From Armatimonadota bacterium (GTDB lineage Bacteria > Armatimonadota > DASRZA01): a stretch of 64,000 nt of DNA. The stretch spans positions 2,101 through 66,100 of the forward strand of contig DASRZA010000252.1 in the NCBI GenBank assembly GCA_035686845.1. Reading direction: 5' to 3'. Positions 18,057 through 26,668 of the stretch are shown here, piece by piece. The position numbers and the translations under genes were made by a program. Positions within the stretch are counted from its first letter, which is position 1. The number at the start of each line of letters is the position of its first letter. The notes below the pieces were generated by a model that was not told the DNA's origin, did not search any database, and saw only the letters and a list, made by a program, of their open reading frames with translations.

Positions 18057-19186
18057 TGCCGCAATTCCTTTTCTGGAAGCTTTGATTCCAGGCCCAGCGC
18101 GTTCGCGGCCGCAAGGCGAACCCGCGCGTCTCGATCTTTCTCCGCCACCGTCTTGAGCCGGTCTTTCACTTCCTGATCGGGAAAAAGAGCCAGCGCCTCC
18201 ACGCAGGCTGCCCGGATTGTCGCCACCTGATGAGAAGTTTTCGCGAGAAGAGCCGCTCGCGCCTCGGGAAGACGGAGTGTCGCGATGGCTGCGGCGAGCG
18301 CCGCCGCCAACTCTCGGGGCGCTTTCTCGAGTCGATCAATGAGCGGGGGCAGCGCTGCAGGATTGCGGGTGCGTCCCATCGCGAGCGCCGCGCCGCCGGC
18401 AAGAAACCGGTTCTCGGAGTCGAGGTAGGGGATCAGGAACTCCATCGCGCGAGGATCGGCCAGGCTTACAAGCGAATTCATGGACTCTACAATAATATCC
18501 GCGTCCGCGTTCGGATGAAGACGCAGCATTAGCGCTAGCGGCACATTCCCCGCCGGGTCGCCCAAAACGCCGATCGCCTTTGCCGCCGCTCGGCCGGCGG
18601 GAAGCGCATCGGCGCCGAAGGGCGCGTCCAGGCCGGCTTCAAAAAGGAGCAGCGAAATATCCAGCAGCGCGCCGGGCGGCCGGATCTGCGCCAGGGCCAG
18701 CGCACAGCTCCCACGAAGCGGAATCGCCGTGTCCGCCGGCCCCATTCCCACCATTTCTATCTGAACTGTTCTTAAGCCCAAACGCAGCGCCTCGTCGGCC
18801 TTAAGATAAGCCATATTACCGAGCGCAATGGCGAGCTCAATTCGCACCGCGCAGCCGGCGTCACGATGCTCGCCGTCTTTGGATGCCCAGAAAAAGTGAT
18901 CAATCATCGCGTCGGCGATCTCGGGCGACGCCTGCTTCACGAGCGCACGGGCAGCCGAGGCGCCAACGTAGCTCAACCGGTCCCTGAGCGCCTCGACAAG
19001 CCAGGGCGTGGCCGTCGGCGCCCCGATCCGCTCAAGTTCAGCGATGGCGCGCAGGCGATCTTCAGCGTAACGCGATTTCAAGGCATGTGTCGCGCACTCA
19101 AGCGACGGTCCCGCGTTCCTGTTTCGACACTGCGCCGACCTTCTCACCGCTCGTTCCCGTCCACCGGGGAATCTTGCGCAAGCCAT
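18053..19186 (-). CDS. HEAT-repeat (PBS lyase-like) protein
   Basis: Repeated ~30-aa units with LxxALxD, AAxALGxLG and RVRLAAANALG patterns. Start uncertain (overlaps the upstream hydrolase gene by ~40 nt). Confidence 0.6.
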   Translation of the reverse strand: MACARFPGGRERAVRRSAQCRNRNAGPSLECATHALKSRYAEDRLRAIAELERIGAPTATPWLVEALRDRLSYVGASAARALVKQASPEIADAMIDHFFWASKDGEHRDAGCAVRIELAIALGNMAYLKADEALRLGLRTVQIEMVGMGPADTAIPLRGSCALALAQIRPPGALLDISLLLFEAGLDAPFGADALPAGRAAAKAIGVLGDPAGNVPLALMLRLHPNADADIIVESMNSLVSLADPRAMEFLIPYLDSENRFLAGGAALAMGRTRNPAALPPLIDRLEKAPRELAAALAAAIATLRLPEARAALLAKTSHQVATIRAACVEALALFPDQEVKDRLKTVAEKDRDARVRLAAANALGLESKLPEKELRQ

Positions 19187-19998
19187 CCTGCCGTCAGCTC
19201 AAGGATCTCCGGGCAATCCACCAGCCCGAGCAGGTTCCAGAACGGCTGCGCGGTGACATGATCCAGGCGAGTTGGAACGCCGCTTGATTCAAGGGCGCCG
19301 GCCAGCGTAACGCAGGGTGCGGAGGCCCGTGTCCCGGCGCTCACCGAAATAATGAGCGCGCTGCCGGGCCATCCGGCAGGCGCCGCAGCATCCAACGCTT
19401 CGATCTGATTCCAGGCAGCCTGAGCGACCGGATAGCCGTCGAAATCAAAGATCTCATCGGTGGTCGGAAGAGCCGGCTCGGCTGCGGCGCCTGCGTTGAT
19501 CATCTGACGGATCGACTTTCTGCGAATATTCATGCGCACATAGCTTCGGCCATTCGTAACGGGCTCCCAAAGCGCCAGCCGGTCAACGCCGGCCGTTTGG
19601 GGAGCGGCGCGAAGCGCAAGTGCGCCGCCGAGGCGCAGACCGAAGAGTGAAAGTGGCGCGTCGGGAAATCGCACGCGAGCGAACAGGAGCGTCCGGGCGA
19701 TATCGTCCAGAGCGGTCTCGACCGTGAACATCGAGAAATCGCCTTCGCTGTCGCCTGTCCCCATGTAACCAAACCGTATCGAGGCGATGTCGCGCTTCGC
19801 TAACTTCCGCGCCAGCTCAACATAGAGGCGCCTTGAGCACTTTTCTTCTTCCGCAAACGGTGGGCAATAAACCACCACCCGCCGCGGCGGGACTACCCTC
19901 CCGCTTTTATCGACCGCTTCGTGGATCATCGTCCACTGCCGTGGCGGCCCGAGCCATATCATCCGCTCGGGTGTCATCTCGGGGATTACTTCCAGCAC
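19144..19998 (-). CDS. alpha/beta-fold hydrolase-like protein lacking a Ser nucleophile (G-L-R-L-G-G elbow)
   Basis: Fold-typical order VVVYCPPFAEE...FGYMGTGDSEGDF...LFGLRLGGALAL. The nucleophile position is occupied by Arg. Confidence 0.5.
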   Translation of the reverse strand: MLEVIPEMTPERMIWLGPPRQWTMIHEAVDKSGRVVPPRRVVVYCPPFAEEEKCSRRLYVELARKLAKRDIASIRFGYMGTGDSEGDFSMFTVETALDDIARTLLFARVRFPDAPLSLFGLRLGGALALRAAPQTAGVDRLALWEPVTNGRSYVRMNIRRKSIRQMINAGAAAEPALPTTDEIFDFDGYPVAQAAWNQIEALDAAAPAGWPGSALIISVSAGTRASAPCVTLAGALESSGVPTRLDHVTAQPFWNLLGLVDCPEILELTAGWLAQDSPVDGNER

Positions 19999-20086
19999 GG
20001 TTTACTCCTCAATAATACCCGTTTCGCCACGAGGATCACCCGCGGCAGTCTCGGCGTCCGGTCGGCGCGGTGGAACGTGCGCCTCG

Positions 20087-20566
20087 TTACGCCGGATCGT
20101 TCTTCTCAACCCGGACAGGGTTCTCCAGCAGCCGGCGGGTCTGCTCCTGACGATAGGCGAAGGTCTCCCGGAGCTCTCGAGCGACCAACCGTCCCATCAG
20201 AAAACTGCCCAGCGGTCCCATCGGAAGCTCGTAATCGATTTCGTCTATCAACCGGGCGCCGCCGGGTGTCTTCTCGAACCGGTGCGTGTGAATCCAGTGC
20301 GCAAACGGTCCGCTCACCTGCCGGTCCTGGAGCAGATTCGGCGCCTCGATCCGGGTTACCTCCGCCTCGATTCGAACGGGGATTCCCGCCTGCGTCGATC
20401 GGACGATGACCCGCGACCCCGGTTTCAGTGTTTCATCACTTGCGGAAACCAGCTCCGTATGACTGCCCGGCGGCGCCACTCGAATGATGTTGCGGGGATT
20501 CGTATGGAACTCGAAGACTTGATCGATCGGCGCGGAAATCTCCACCGACCGGGTGAAACGCGGCAT
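20087..20566 (-). CDS. SRPBCC-superfamily protein (polyketide cyclase/dehydrase-like, START/Bet v1 fold)
   Basis: N-terminus FTRSVEISAPIDQVFEFHTNPRN and overall length and pattern match PF10604/PF03364-type proteins. Confidence 0.55.
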   Translation of the reverse strand: MPRFTRSVEISAPIDQVFEFHTNPRNIIRVAPPGSHTELVSASDETLKPGSRVIVRSTQAGIPVRIEAEVTRIEAPNLLQDRQVSGPFAHWIHTHRFEKTPGGARLIDEIDYELPMGPLGSFLMGRLVARELRETFAYRQEQTRRLLENPVRVEKNDPA

Positions 20567-20572
20567 CTCCTT

Positions 20573-21688
20573 TCAATTCTCCACGAAGCGGGCTGAGTCG
20601 GGAACGTACAATTCCATATACCGCTGCACCGCAAAGCGATCGGTCATACCTGCCACGTAATCACAGGCCTGCCGGCAGGCGGTTTTAGACGCGCTCGCCC
20701 TATCCTCCGCGCGGGCGTCCTCAATTTCCTCAAGAGCATTGGTGAAGTAATGATCGAACAGACCGTGAACCACCGTGCGGACGCGGTGATCTTCACCCGA
20801 TGAGTTCGGCAAGTATACCCGTTCAAACAGGAACTCCTTGAGGTCGTTCAGCGCCTGAAGAATCTGGGGGCTGATCCTGATCTCGGGACGGTCCGTGCTC
20901 TGCTCGACAATATCGGCCACCACTTTGCCGATCCGGTCGCTGTGAGTGTATCCGAGCACGGCGAGAAGCGATTCCGGCACCGCGTCCTCGGGGATGAAGC
21001 GCGCACGGATCGCGTCTTCCATATCATGGTTTACGTACGCAATCCGGTCTGCCAGCTTCACGGCCTGGCTCTCCAGAGTCGCCGGTCCCGACGTAGTTTC
21101 CGTGAGGTCGTTCCGCCCTTTGGTATGGCCCAAAATCCCCTGCCGCACTTCCCACGTGAGGTTAAGACCACGACCGTTTCGCTCCAATACGTCTACCACG
21201 CGGAGGCTCTGCTCCCAATGATAAAACCGCTCGGAATGGGTCTTTACCACCTCATCCAGCGCCGCTTCGCCCGAATGCCCGAATGGCGTATGCCCCAGGT
21301 CGTGCGCCAGCGCAATGGCTTCGGTGAGATCTTCGTTGAGCGACAGAGCGCGGGCAAGCGTTTTGGCGATCTGGGTAACTTCCAGGGTGTGTGTCAGGCG
21401 GGTTCGAATATGATCCTGGCTGGGCAGAATAAAGACCTGTGTCTTGTGCGCCAGCCGCCGAAAGGCGCGGCAGTGAATTACCCGGTCCCGATCGCGCTGA
21501 AAGTCGGTGCGAATCGGGCAGGGATCTTCGGGCGTCGCGCGTCCCCGGCTCTCCTCGCTCCGGCTCGCCCATGGCGCCAGGCTTTCCCGCTCTCGCGAAT
21601 GTATCCTCTCTCGAACCGTCATCATTCCCCCAAAACCGGTACGCGGTACGAGGCGCGGGGCGCAATGACTTCCCATCATCCTCCGCAC
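20573..21688 (-). CDS. dGTP triphosphohydrolase-like HD-domain phosphohydrolase (Dgt family)
   Basis: FQRDRDRVIHCRAFRRLAHKTQVF, HD motif HTRLTHTLEVTQIA, LAHDLGHTPFGHSGE. GTG start with SD GGAGGA. Confidence 0.8.
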   Translation of the reverse strand: MRRMMGSHCAPRLVPRTGFGGMMTVRERIHSRERESLAPWASRSEESRGRATPEDPCPIRTDFQRDRDRVIHCRAFRRLAHKTQVFILPSQDHIRTRLTHTLEVTQIAKTLARALSLNEDLTEAIALAHDLGHTPFGHSGEAALDEVVKTHSERFYHWEQSLRVVDVLERNGRGLNLTWEVRQGILGHTKGRNDLTETTSGPATLESQAVKLADRIAYVNHDMEDAIRARFIPEDAVPESLLAVLGYTHSDRIGKVVADIVEQSTDRPEIRISPQILQALNDLKEFLFERVYLPNSSGEDHRVRTVVHGLFDHYFTNALEEIEDARAEDRASASKTACRQACDYVAGMTDRFAVQRYMELYVPDSARFVEN

Positions 21689-21727
21689 CCGTTCCTCCGC
21701 GCTCCTTACCCCGCGCCTCGCATGCTC

Positions 21728-22111
21728 TTACCCGTCGGGTGGCCCGGTGGCCTTAACGATTGGGGCGATCTTGCCGAGCAGCTCCACGAGATCGGCGAGG
21801 GTCGTGCAAGTGATCCAGCGGTTATGTTCCAGATGCCGTTTCCCCTCGTGCGGACCGTTGTGGCTCCAGAAGCGGACTAAGTAGCTGTCGATGTCGGGAT
21901 TATCGAGCGTGGGATAATAGACATCGGCCCCGGCGCCCGGGCCCGGCACGTGGAAGGCGGGCATCGTCAAAAAGCCCAGCGCCTCTACAATCTCTGGGAT
22001 TTCGGCGCCATGGGGCACCTCCACGTGGAAGTCTCGCCATTCGGACTTCGCGTAGGTGTGCATCTTGATTTTGACCGTCGTTTTCCGACTTTTGGACGTT
22101 CTACCACTCAA
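21728..22111 (-). CDS. hypothetical protein
   Basis: 127-aa ORF between the dGTPase and GDSL genes on the same strand. No recognised motif. Probably starts at the internal Met (MHTYAKSEW). Confidence 0.35.
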   Translation of the reverse strand: MSGRTSKSRKTTVKIKMHTYAKSEWRDFHVEVPHGAEIPEIVEALGFLTMPAFHVPGPGAGADVYYPTLDNPDIDSYLVRFWSHNGPHEGKRHLEHNRWITCTTLADLVELLGKIAPIVKATGPPDG

Positions 22112-22748
22112 AGTCGATAGCCTTTAGAAACGCCCGGGCTAAGATCATGTGACCCGTCTGGCTCGGATGTACCCGGTCCCACGCCAGGCTGGCGGGATAA
22201 TAGGTTGCGAGCGCCTGGTCGAAGGCGGCCTGGGTATCCACCAGGATGGAGTCGTATCTCCGCGCCAGGCTCTTCACGACGCCGCCGTACCGGTCCATCC
22301 GGACACGCATCGCGTCTCGTTCATTGGATTCAATATAGAACGGGGTCAACAGCACGAGCCCGTCAAGCGCCGGCGCCGTGCGGCCGATGAGATCGTCGAG
22401 TGTTGACTCGTATTCGTCAATGAGAACGTGCGTTTCAGTCTGGCGCGGGGAGTCGAACTGTCGCCAGACGTCGTTAATCCCGATCATGACAGAGAGCCAG
22501 TCAGGCTCGCGGTCGAGAACATCACGCTGCCATCGCGCCTTCAGGTCACGGACGGTGTTGCCACTCGTTCCCTGGTTTATGATACGGATACCGAGATCGG
22601 GATAGACAGCGCCGAGGAGGGCGTCGATCTGGGCCACGTAACCGCGCCCGAGGGCATCGAACAAACCTTCCCCCGATGGCTGAGCGCGGCCTGCGTCCGT
22701 GATCGAGTCACCGATCATTACGAGCTTCGAATGCTTGTTGATTTTCAT
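22101..22748 (-). CDS. SGNH/GDSL-family hydrolase
   Basis: Block I MIGDSITDAG with catalytic Ser, block III GINDV, block V DRVHPSQTGH (Asp/His). Confidence 0.75.
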   Translation of the reverse strand: MKINKHSKLVMIGDSITDAGRAQPSGEGLFDALGRGYVAQIDALLGAVYPDLGIRIINQGTSGNTVRDLKARWQRDVLDREPDWLSVMIGINDVWRQFDSPRQTETHVLIDEYESTLDDLIGRTAPALDGLVLLTPFYIESNERDAMRVRMDRYGGVVKSLARRYDSILVDTQAAFDQALATYYPASLAWDRVHPSQTGHMILARAFLKAIDFEW

Positions 22749-22749
22749 A

Positions 22750-23900
22750 TTAACTCGCTGGCTGTGATTAGCCGCCGTTCAAGTTCCCATTTTGACTGGG
22801 ATTCGGGAGAGTTTGAGAACGTATTGCCCTTCGCAGGGAGATCATCTCCGGTTGGCGCAGTGGTGTCCATCGAGTCGATACGTTGACTTCCAATTGTGTA
22901 GGACTCGTATACGAGCACGTATTCTATAGTAGCATTCCCCAAGACGCGAAGCCGCAAAAGAACGCCGCGGCGGGGTAAACGCCAGAGCGCACCCGACAGA
23001 CTGCTGGCTTCACAGGCGGGAGCGCTGCTGCAATTGGTCTCTCAGTTGTCGCAGCTCGTCCAGGCTCATTGATTGCAGCGATGCTTCCGGTGTCGCCTCG
23101 TCCCCAAGCGAAGACTGAAGGAGTAGAACCTGGCCAATCAACATACCCTGCTGGAGCCCCTGCTGCAGCCCCTGTTGGAGCGCGTGTCTCATTCGGGCGT
23201 TCTCGTCTCGCCGCATCTTTTCGCGGCCTTCATAGATCTCCCGTTCCAGGTCTCTCTTTGAAAGCACCATCAGTTCCTCCACTGCCTGCCGGATCGCTTC
23301 GTCGTCTATCGTCGCCGGCAGCGCCTTCTCATCTAATGTTTCCCCATGCTTCAGAAAGTACAGCCACTGGTCTATCTCACTCTCCAGTTCTTCCGCTCCC
23401 TTGTTGAACTTCGCCAACTCAAAGAGGTGGATATCCAGATCCTCCGTGAACACTGCTCCGGTGGCGCGGTCGATCAGCCCGAACCGCGAGTGATACACCT
23501 TTCCCGGAAAGATTGTTCCATCGACGAAGCAAACTGAGATCGTGGGCTGAAGCAGACTGTAGTCCCGGCCGGCTGGGAGCTGTTCGGTATACAGCTTGGA
23601 CCAATAGAACATTATCCGCTGGGGCAGCTCCGCAAACCCGATCATCTGCATCTCGACGTTGAAGTGTCGGCCAATCTGGTCCCGAGCCTTGATATCCAGG
23701 ATGGAGAGCTTCTCATCAAAAGCAGCCTTCTCGGTGAAAGGATTGAGGATTTCAATATGCACAATCCTCTGGCCTGGAGGCAGTTGGAGGACGGCGTTGA
23801 GCAGGTCGATCAGGAGGGCAGCAGTGGCGAGTCTGCCAAACAGCCACTTGAATGCAAAATCCACCTTGGGATCAATGCCAGAACTCATACTCGTCCCCGG
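22750..23900. mobile_element. lower-GC (~50-52%) islet carrying an Rpn-family nuclease/putative transposase gene
   Basis: Visible drop in GC relative to the flanks. Bounded upstream (24068-24205) by a composite repeat array. Confidence 0.35.
23010..23888 (-). CDS. Rpn-family recombination-promoting nuclease / PD-(D/E)XK putative transposase (TIGR01784-like)
   Basis: N-terminus DPKVDFAFKWLFG, ...LLIDLLNAVL..., IVHIEILNPF...LDIKARDQIGRHFNVEMQ match the YhgA/Rpn (transposase_31) family. Glutamine-rich C-terminal tail. Confidence 0.65.
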   Translation of the reverse strand: MSSGIDPKVDFAFKWLFGRLATAALLIDLLNAVLQLPPGQRIVHIEILNPFTEKAAFDEKLSILDIKARDQIGRHFNVEMQMIGFAELPQRIMFYWSKLYTEQLPAGRDYSLLQPTISVCFVDGTIFPGKVYHSRFGLIDRATGAVFTEDLDIHLFELAKFNKGAEELESEIDQWLYFLKHGETLDEKALPATIDDEAIRQAVEELMVLSKRDLEREIYEGREKMRRDENARMRHALQQGLQQGLQQGMLIGQVLLLQSSLGDEATPEASLQSMSLDELRQLRDQLQQRSRL

Positions 23901-24067
23901 TTCAAAGGATTCTATTCATTTACGACGCCAGCAGAGCCATTATACACCTTACCCGCGTCCTCATACCGGCGCCGGCTCTTGCCTCAGGCCCCGCGCCGCA
24001 CGAGCGGAGGCGTGCGCCACTATGCGGTCGCGTACCCCGTTCCCCCGCCTCGCGCCTTCCGCCTATC

Positions 24068-24205
24068 CTTCGTCCTCCGTCCTCCGTCCTCCGTCCGCGC
24101 CTCGCGCCCTCTGCCTGTCCTCCGTGCTCCGTCCTCTGTCCTCCGTCCGCGCCTCGCGCCCTCTGCCTGTCCTCCGTCCTCCGTCCTCCGTCCTCCGTCC
24201 GCGCC
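24068..24205. repeat. composite GC-rich tandem array: ~52-bp higher-order unit [(TCCGTCC)3-4 + GCGCCTCGCGCCCTCTGCCTG] x ~2.7
   Basis: Unit copies at ~24068-24118, 24119-24170 and partial 24171-24205. Related GTACCCCG/CCTCGCGCC motif at 24040-24067. Lies in the divergent intergenic region between the Rpn gene and nagB. Confidence 0.7.
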
Positions 24206-24242
24206 CGACCTAACCTGCTAATCTAAAGTACGGAGGTAGTTC

Positions 24243-24998
24243 ATGAAAATCATCGTGGGCAAGAATCGGGCGGATATCGGGCGGCAGGCGGCGGACGTGG
24301 GAGCGGACCTGATCCGAGCGGCGATTCGCTCGCGGGGCGCGTCCGCAATCATTTTGGCGACGGGAACGTCGCAGTTTGAGATGCTTTCGGAATTGACGAG
24401 CGCACCTGGCATCGACTGGCGCCGGGTCACCGGCTTTCACCTGGACGAGTATGTTGGCATGACGGAAAGCCATCCGTCGTCGTTTCGGCGCTACCTGCGT
24501 GAACGGTTTGTTGAACGGCTGCCGCGAGCCCCCCGGGCGTTTCACTTCATCAACGGGGAAAACGATCCTGCCGCCGAATGCCGCCGGCTCAACAACCTGA
24601 TTTCCGGCGAGACGATTGACGTGGCGTTCGTCGGCATCGGCGAGAATGGCCACCTGGCGTTCAATGATCCGCCCGCCGACTTCGAGACGGAGACGCCGTA
24701 CCTTCTGGTGACGCTTGATGAAGCTTGCCGCCGCCAGCAGCTTGGCGAGGGGTGGTTTCCGAGTCTGGAGGCGGTTCCGATGCAGGCCATTTCGATGTCT
24801 ATTCGACAGATCATGAAATCGAAGGCGATCGTTTGCTGCGTGCCGGACCTACGGAAGGCCGCGGCAGTGAAAGCATGTATCGAAGGTCCCGTGTCCCCGG
24901 AAGCGCCGGCATCTATTCTGCAGCGTCATCCGGAGACGTCGATGTACCTGGATGAGGGATCTGCTTCGCTCCTGAAAGAACGTCCTCCCGCGGTTTAA
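24243..24998 (+). CDS. nagB: glucosamine-6-phosphate deaminase
   Basis: [37 protein letters not shown] are hallmark NagB/6-phosphogluconolactonase-family motifs. SD GGAGG upstream. Confidence 0.8.
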   Translation: MKIIVGKNRADIGRQAADVGADLIRAAIRSRGASAIILATGTSQFEMLSELTSAPGIDWRRVTGFHLDEYVGMTESHPSSFRRYLRERFVERLPRAPRAFHFINGENDPAAECRRLNNLISGETIDVAFVGIGENGHLAFNDPPADFETETPYLLVTLDEACRRQQLGEGWFPSLEAVPMQAISMSIRQIMKSKAIVCCVPDLRKAAAVKACIEGPVSPEAPASILQRHPETSMYLDEGSASLLKERPPAV

Positions 24999-25085
24999 CG
25001 CTGGTCGCCGGCCTGTAATCACCGCATTTGAGGCGTCACAGACACCAGTTCGCGCGAAATGGTTCCTCTTTTTGAGAAAAAACTA

Positions 25086-25115
25086 TTGCGCGCTCATATC
25101 CTCGTGTGTTATACT
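25086..25115 (+). promoter_or_regulatory. putative sigma-70 promoter of cspA (TTGCGC-N18-TGTTATACT) followed by a ~110-nt low-GC 5' leader
   Basis: -35-like TTGCGC (25086-25091), extended -10 TGT-TATACT (25107-25115). Long AT-richer leader as in cold-shock genes. Confidence 0.3.
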
Positions 25116-25232
25116 TGAGCGTCCGGCGTTGGGCCGGCGGTTTCACCATCCCTATCGAGGGTCCTGCCAGGGGATGCTTTCGGAGTTGACTCTGAAACTC
25201 CTTGCAAGAGTTGAGATAGGTCGGAGTATAGC

Positions 25233-25436
25233 ATGGCAACAGGTACAGTCAAGTGGTTCAGCGATTCGAAGGGCTACGGCTTCATCACACCTGATGATGG
25301 CAGCAAAGATCTCTTCGTCCACCATAGCTCTGTCAAAATGCAGGGTTTTCGAACTTTGCGTGAAGGGCAGGCGGTGGAGTTTGACGCCGTGAGCGGTCCG
25401 AAAGGCCCGCAGGCGGAAAACGTTCGATCGGTCTAA
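25233..25436 (+). CDS. cspA: cold-shock protein (CspA family)
   Basis: [31 protein letters not shown]...[13 protein letters not shown]: RNP1/RNP2 motifs of the cold-shock domain. Confidence 0.95.
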   Translation: MATGTVKWFSDSKGYGFITPDDGSKDLFVHHSSVKMQGFRTLREGQAVEFDAVSGPKGPQAENVRSV

Positions 25437-25500
25437 TTCGGACCGAGGCGTTGGCGCACGTAGTTTGCGCTGCAGTTATAGCGTTCGCGCGTTCGTCGTG

Positions 25501-25537
25501 AACCACATCTGGACCTGTGAGACACCGCTCGCAGGTC
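25501..25537. terminator. putative bidirectional intrinsic terminator between convergent cspA and the M28 peptidase gene
   Basis: GGACCTG (25501-25507) / CAGGTCC (25522-25528) 7-bp stem with a 14-nt loop, followed by TTTCATTTT. Confidence 0.35.
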
Positions 25538-25540
25538 CTT

Positions 25541-26668
25541 TCATTTTGAAATTCCCCCCATCTCCGCCACCACTCGCTGCAGGCCCGCAACGACACGGGC
25601 AAAACGCTCGTAGTCAATCTTATCCGGCGTGTCTTCAGGGGTGTGGTAATAGACGTACCGGAACGGCGCGGTGTCGGTGACCATTATTGCTGGATAGCCT
25701 TCCTGCCAGAACGACCAATGATCGGACCAGCCCAAGCCGGTTATCGCGCCGGGCAGTATCGCTCCCTCCGACGGAAAATGAGCGAGCCGGCGAAAGCGCT
25801 CGACGACCGACCGGGTAAGTGCACCGGATGCGATATTGCCGACAAACGCAATGAACTCGCCCGTCGAGGGATAGAGCCAGCCGGTTGGGAGTGGGTAATG
25901 CTGACTGCCGGGCAGGTCCGAATAGCAGCCCATCGTCTCCAGGCTCAGCATTCCAACGATGCGCTCACCCCGCTCACGGCATTCCCGGGCGTACACACGG
26001 CTCCCCATTGCCGCCGTCTGGAAATAGGGCGGCTCTTCGTTGACGAAGCAGACGAAACGGATGGTGCGCGCGGGTCGGGTGTTGGCGAAGGCGCGCGCCA
26101 GCGCCACCGTGGCGGCGGCGCCGGATGCGTTGTCATTGGCGCCGGGACATCCGGGAATGGTATCGTAGTGGCCGCCGACGACGATGATCTCTTCTTCGAG
26201 CCCGGCGCCACTTATTTGGGACTCCACGTTGACGCACTCCACGCCGCCGGCCTCGAAAACCTGACGACGCGTCTCGCATCCGGCTGCGATAAGCGACCGC
26301 TCCAAGAAACCGGCCGCGGCCATGAGGGCGTCCGGCGCGAGGGTGTGACGTTCTCCAATCCCGACCGCGAGCGTCTCTACGTCGCTTCTGAGCGCAATCG
26401 CCAATTCCTGCTCTTCCGGAGTGAGCGGTGGGAGAGAGCCTTGATGGCTGCGGCCCGGCATTCGCGTCGCTGCACGTATTGAAGCGGCGCCGACGGCGGC
26501 CCCAATCAATCCTCCGGCGCCGGCCAATCTCCATCCAGATAACGCCTGTTTCTTGTTATGCATACCGTGAACTTCTGCGACTACGATGGGAACTCCTTGC
26601 TGTGTTGCGGCGCTCGTTTCTCGACCTAACTGAGAAATGCGCGCCCGGCTCACGATTAGACCCGACAT
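25541..26668 (-). CDS. M28-family Zn aminopeptidase
   Basis: VVGGHYDT...GANDNASGAAATVALARAF...FVCFVNEEP. Signal-like N-terminus. Confidence 0.75.
   Translation of the reverse strand: MSGLIVSRARISQLGRETSAATQQGVPIVVAEVHGMHNKKQALSGWRLAGAGGLIGAAVGAASIRAATRMPGRSHQGSLPPLTPEEQELAIALRSDVETLAVGIGERHTLAPDALMAAAGFLERSLIAAGCETRRQVFEAGGVECVNVESQISGAGLEEEIIVVGGHYDTIPGCPGANDNASGAAATVALARAFANTRPARTIRFVCFVNEEPPYFQTAAMGSRVYARECRERGERIVGMLSLETMGCYSDLPGSQHYPLPTGWLYPSTGEFIAFVGNIASGALTRSVVERFRRLAHFPSEGAILPGAITGLGWSDHWSFWQEGYPAIMVTDTAPFRYVYYHTPEDTPDKIDYERFARVVAGLQRVVAEMGGISK

Noticed and set aside
24068-24205. Possible CRISPR array (regular GC-rich repeats)
   Set aside because: Units are 7-bp heptamers and a 21-bp block without unique spacers. 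No cas genes in the window. Better explained as a minisatellite.
23664-24221. Plus-strand ORFs of 124-185 aa running through the repeat array
   Set aside because: Products are pure repeat translations (RPPSSVLRP...). They overlap the Rpn gene on the other strand.
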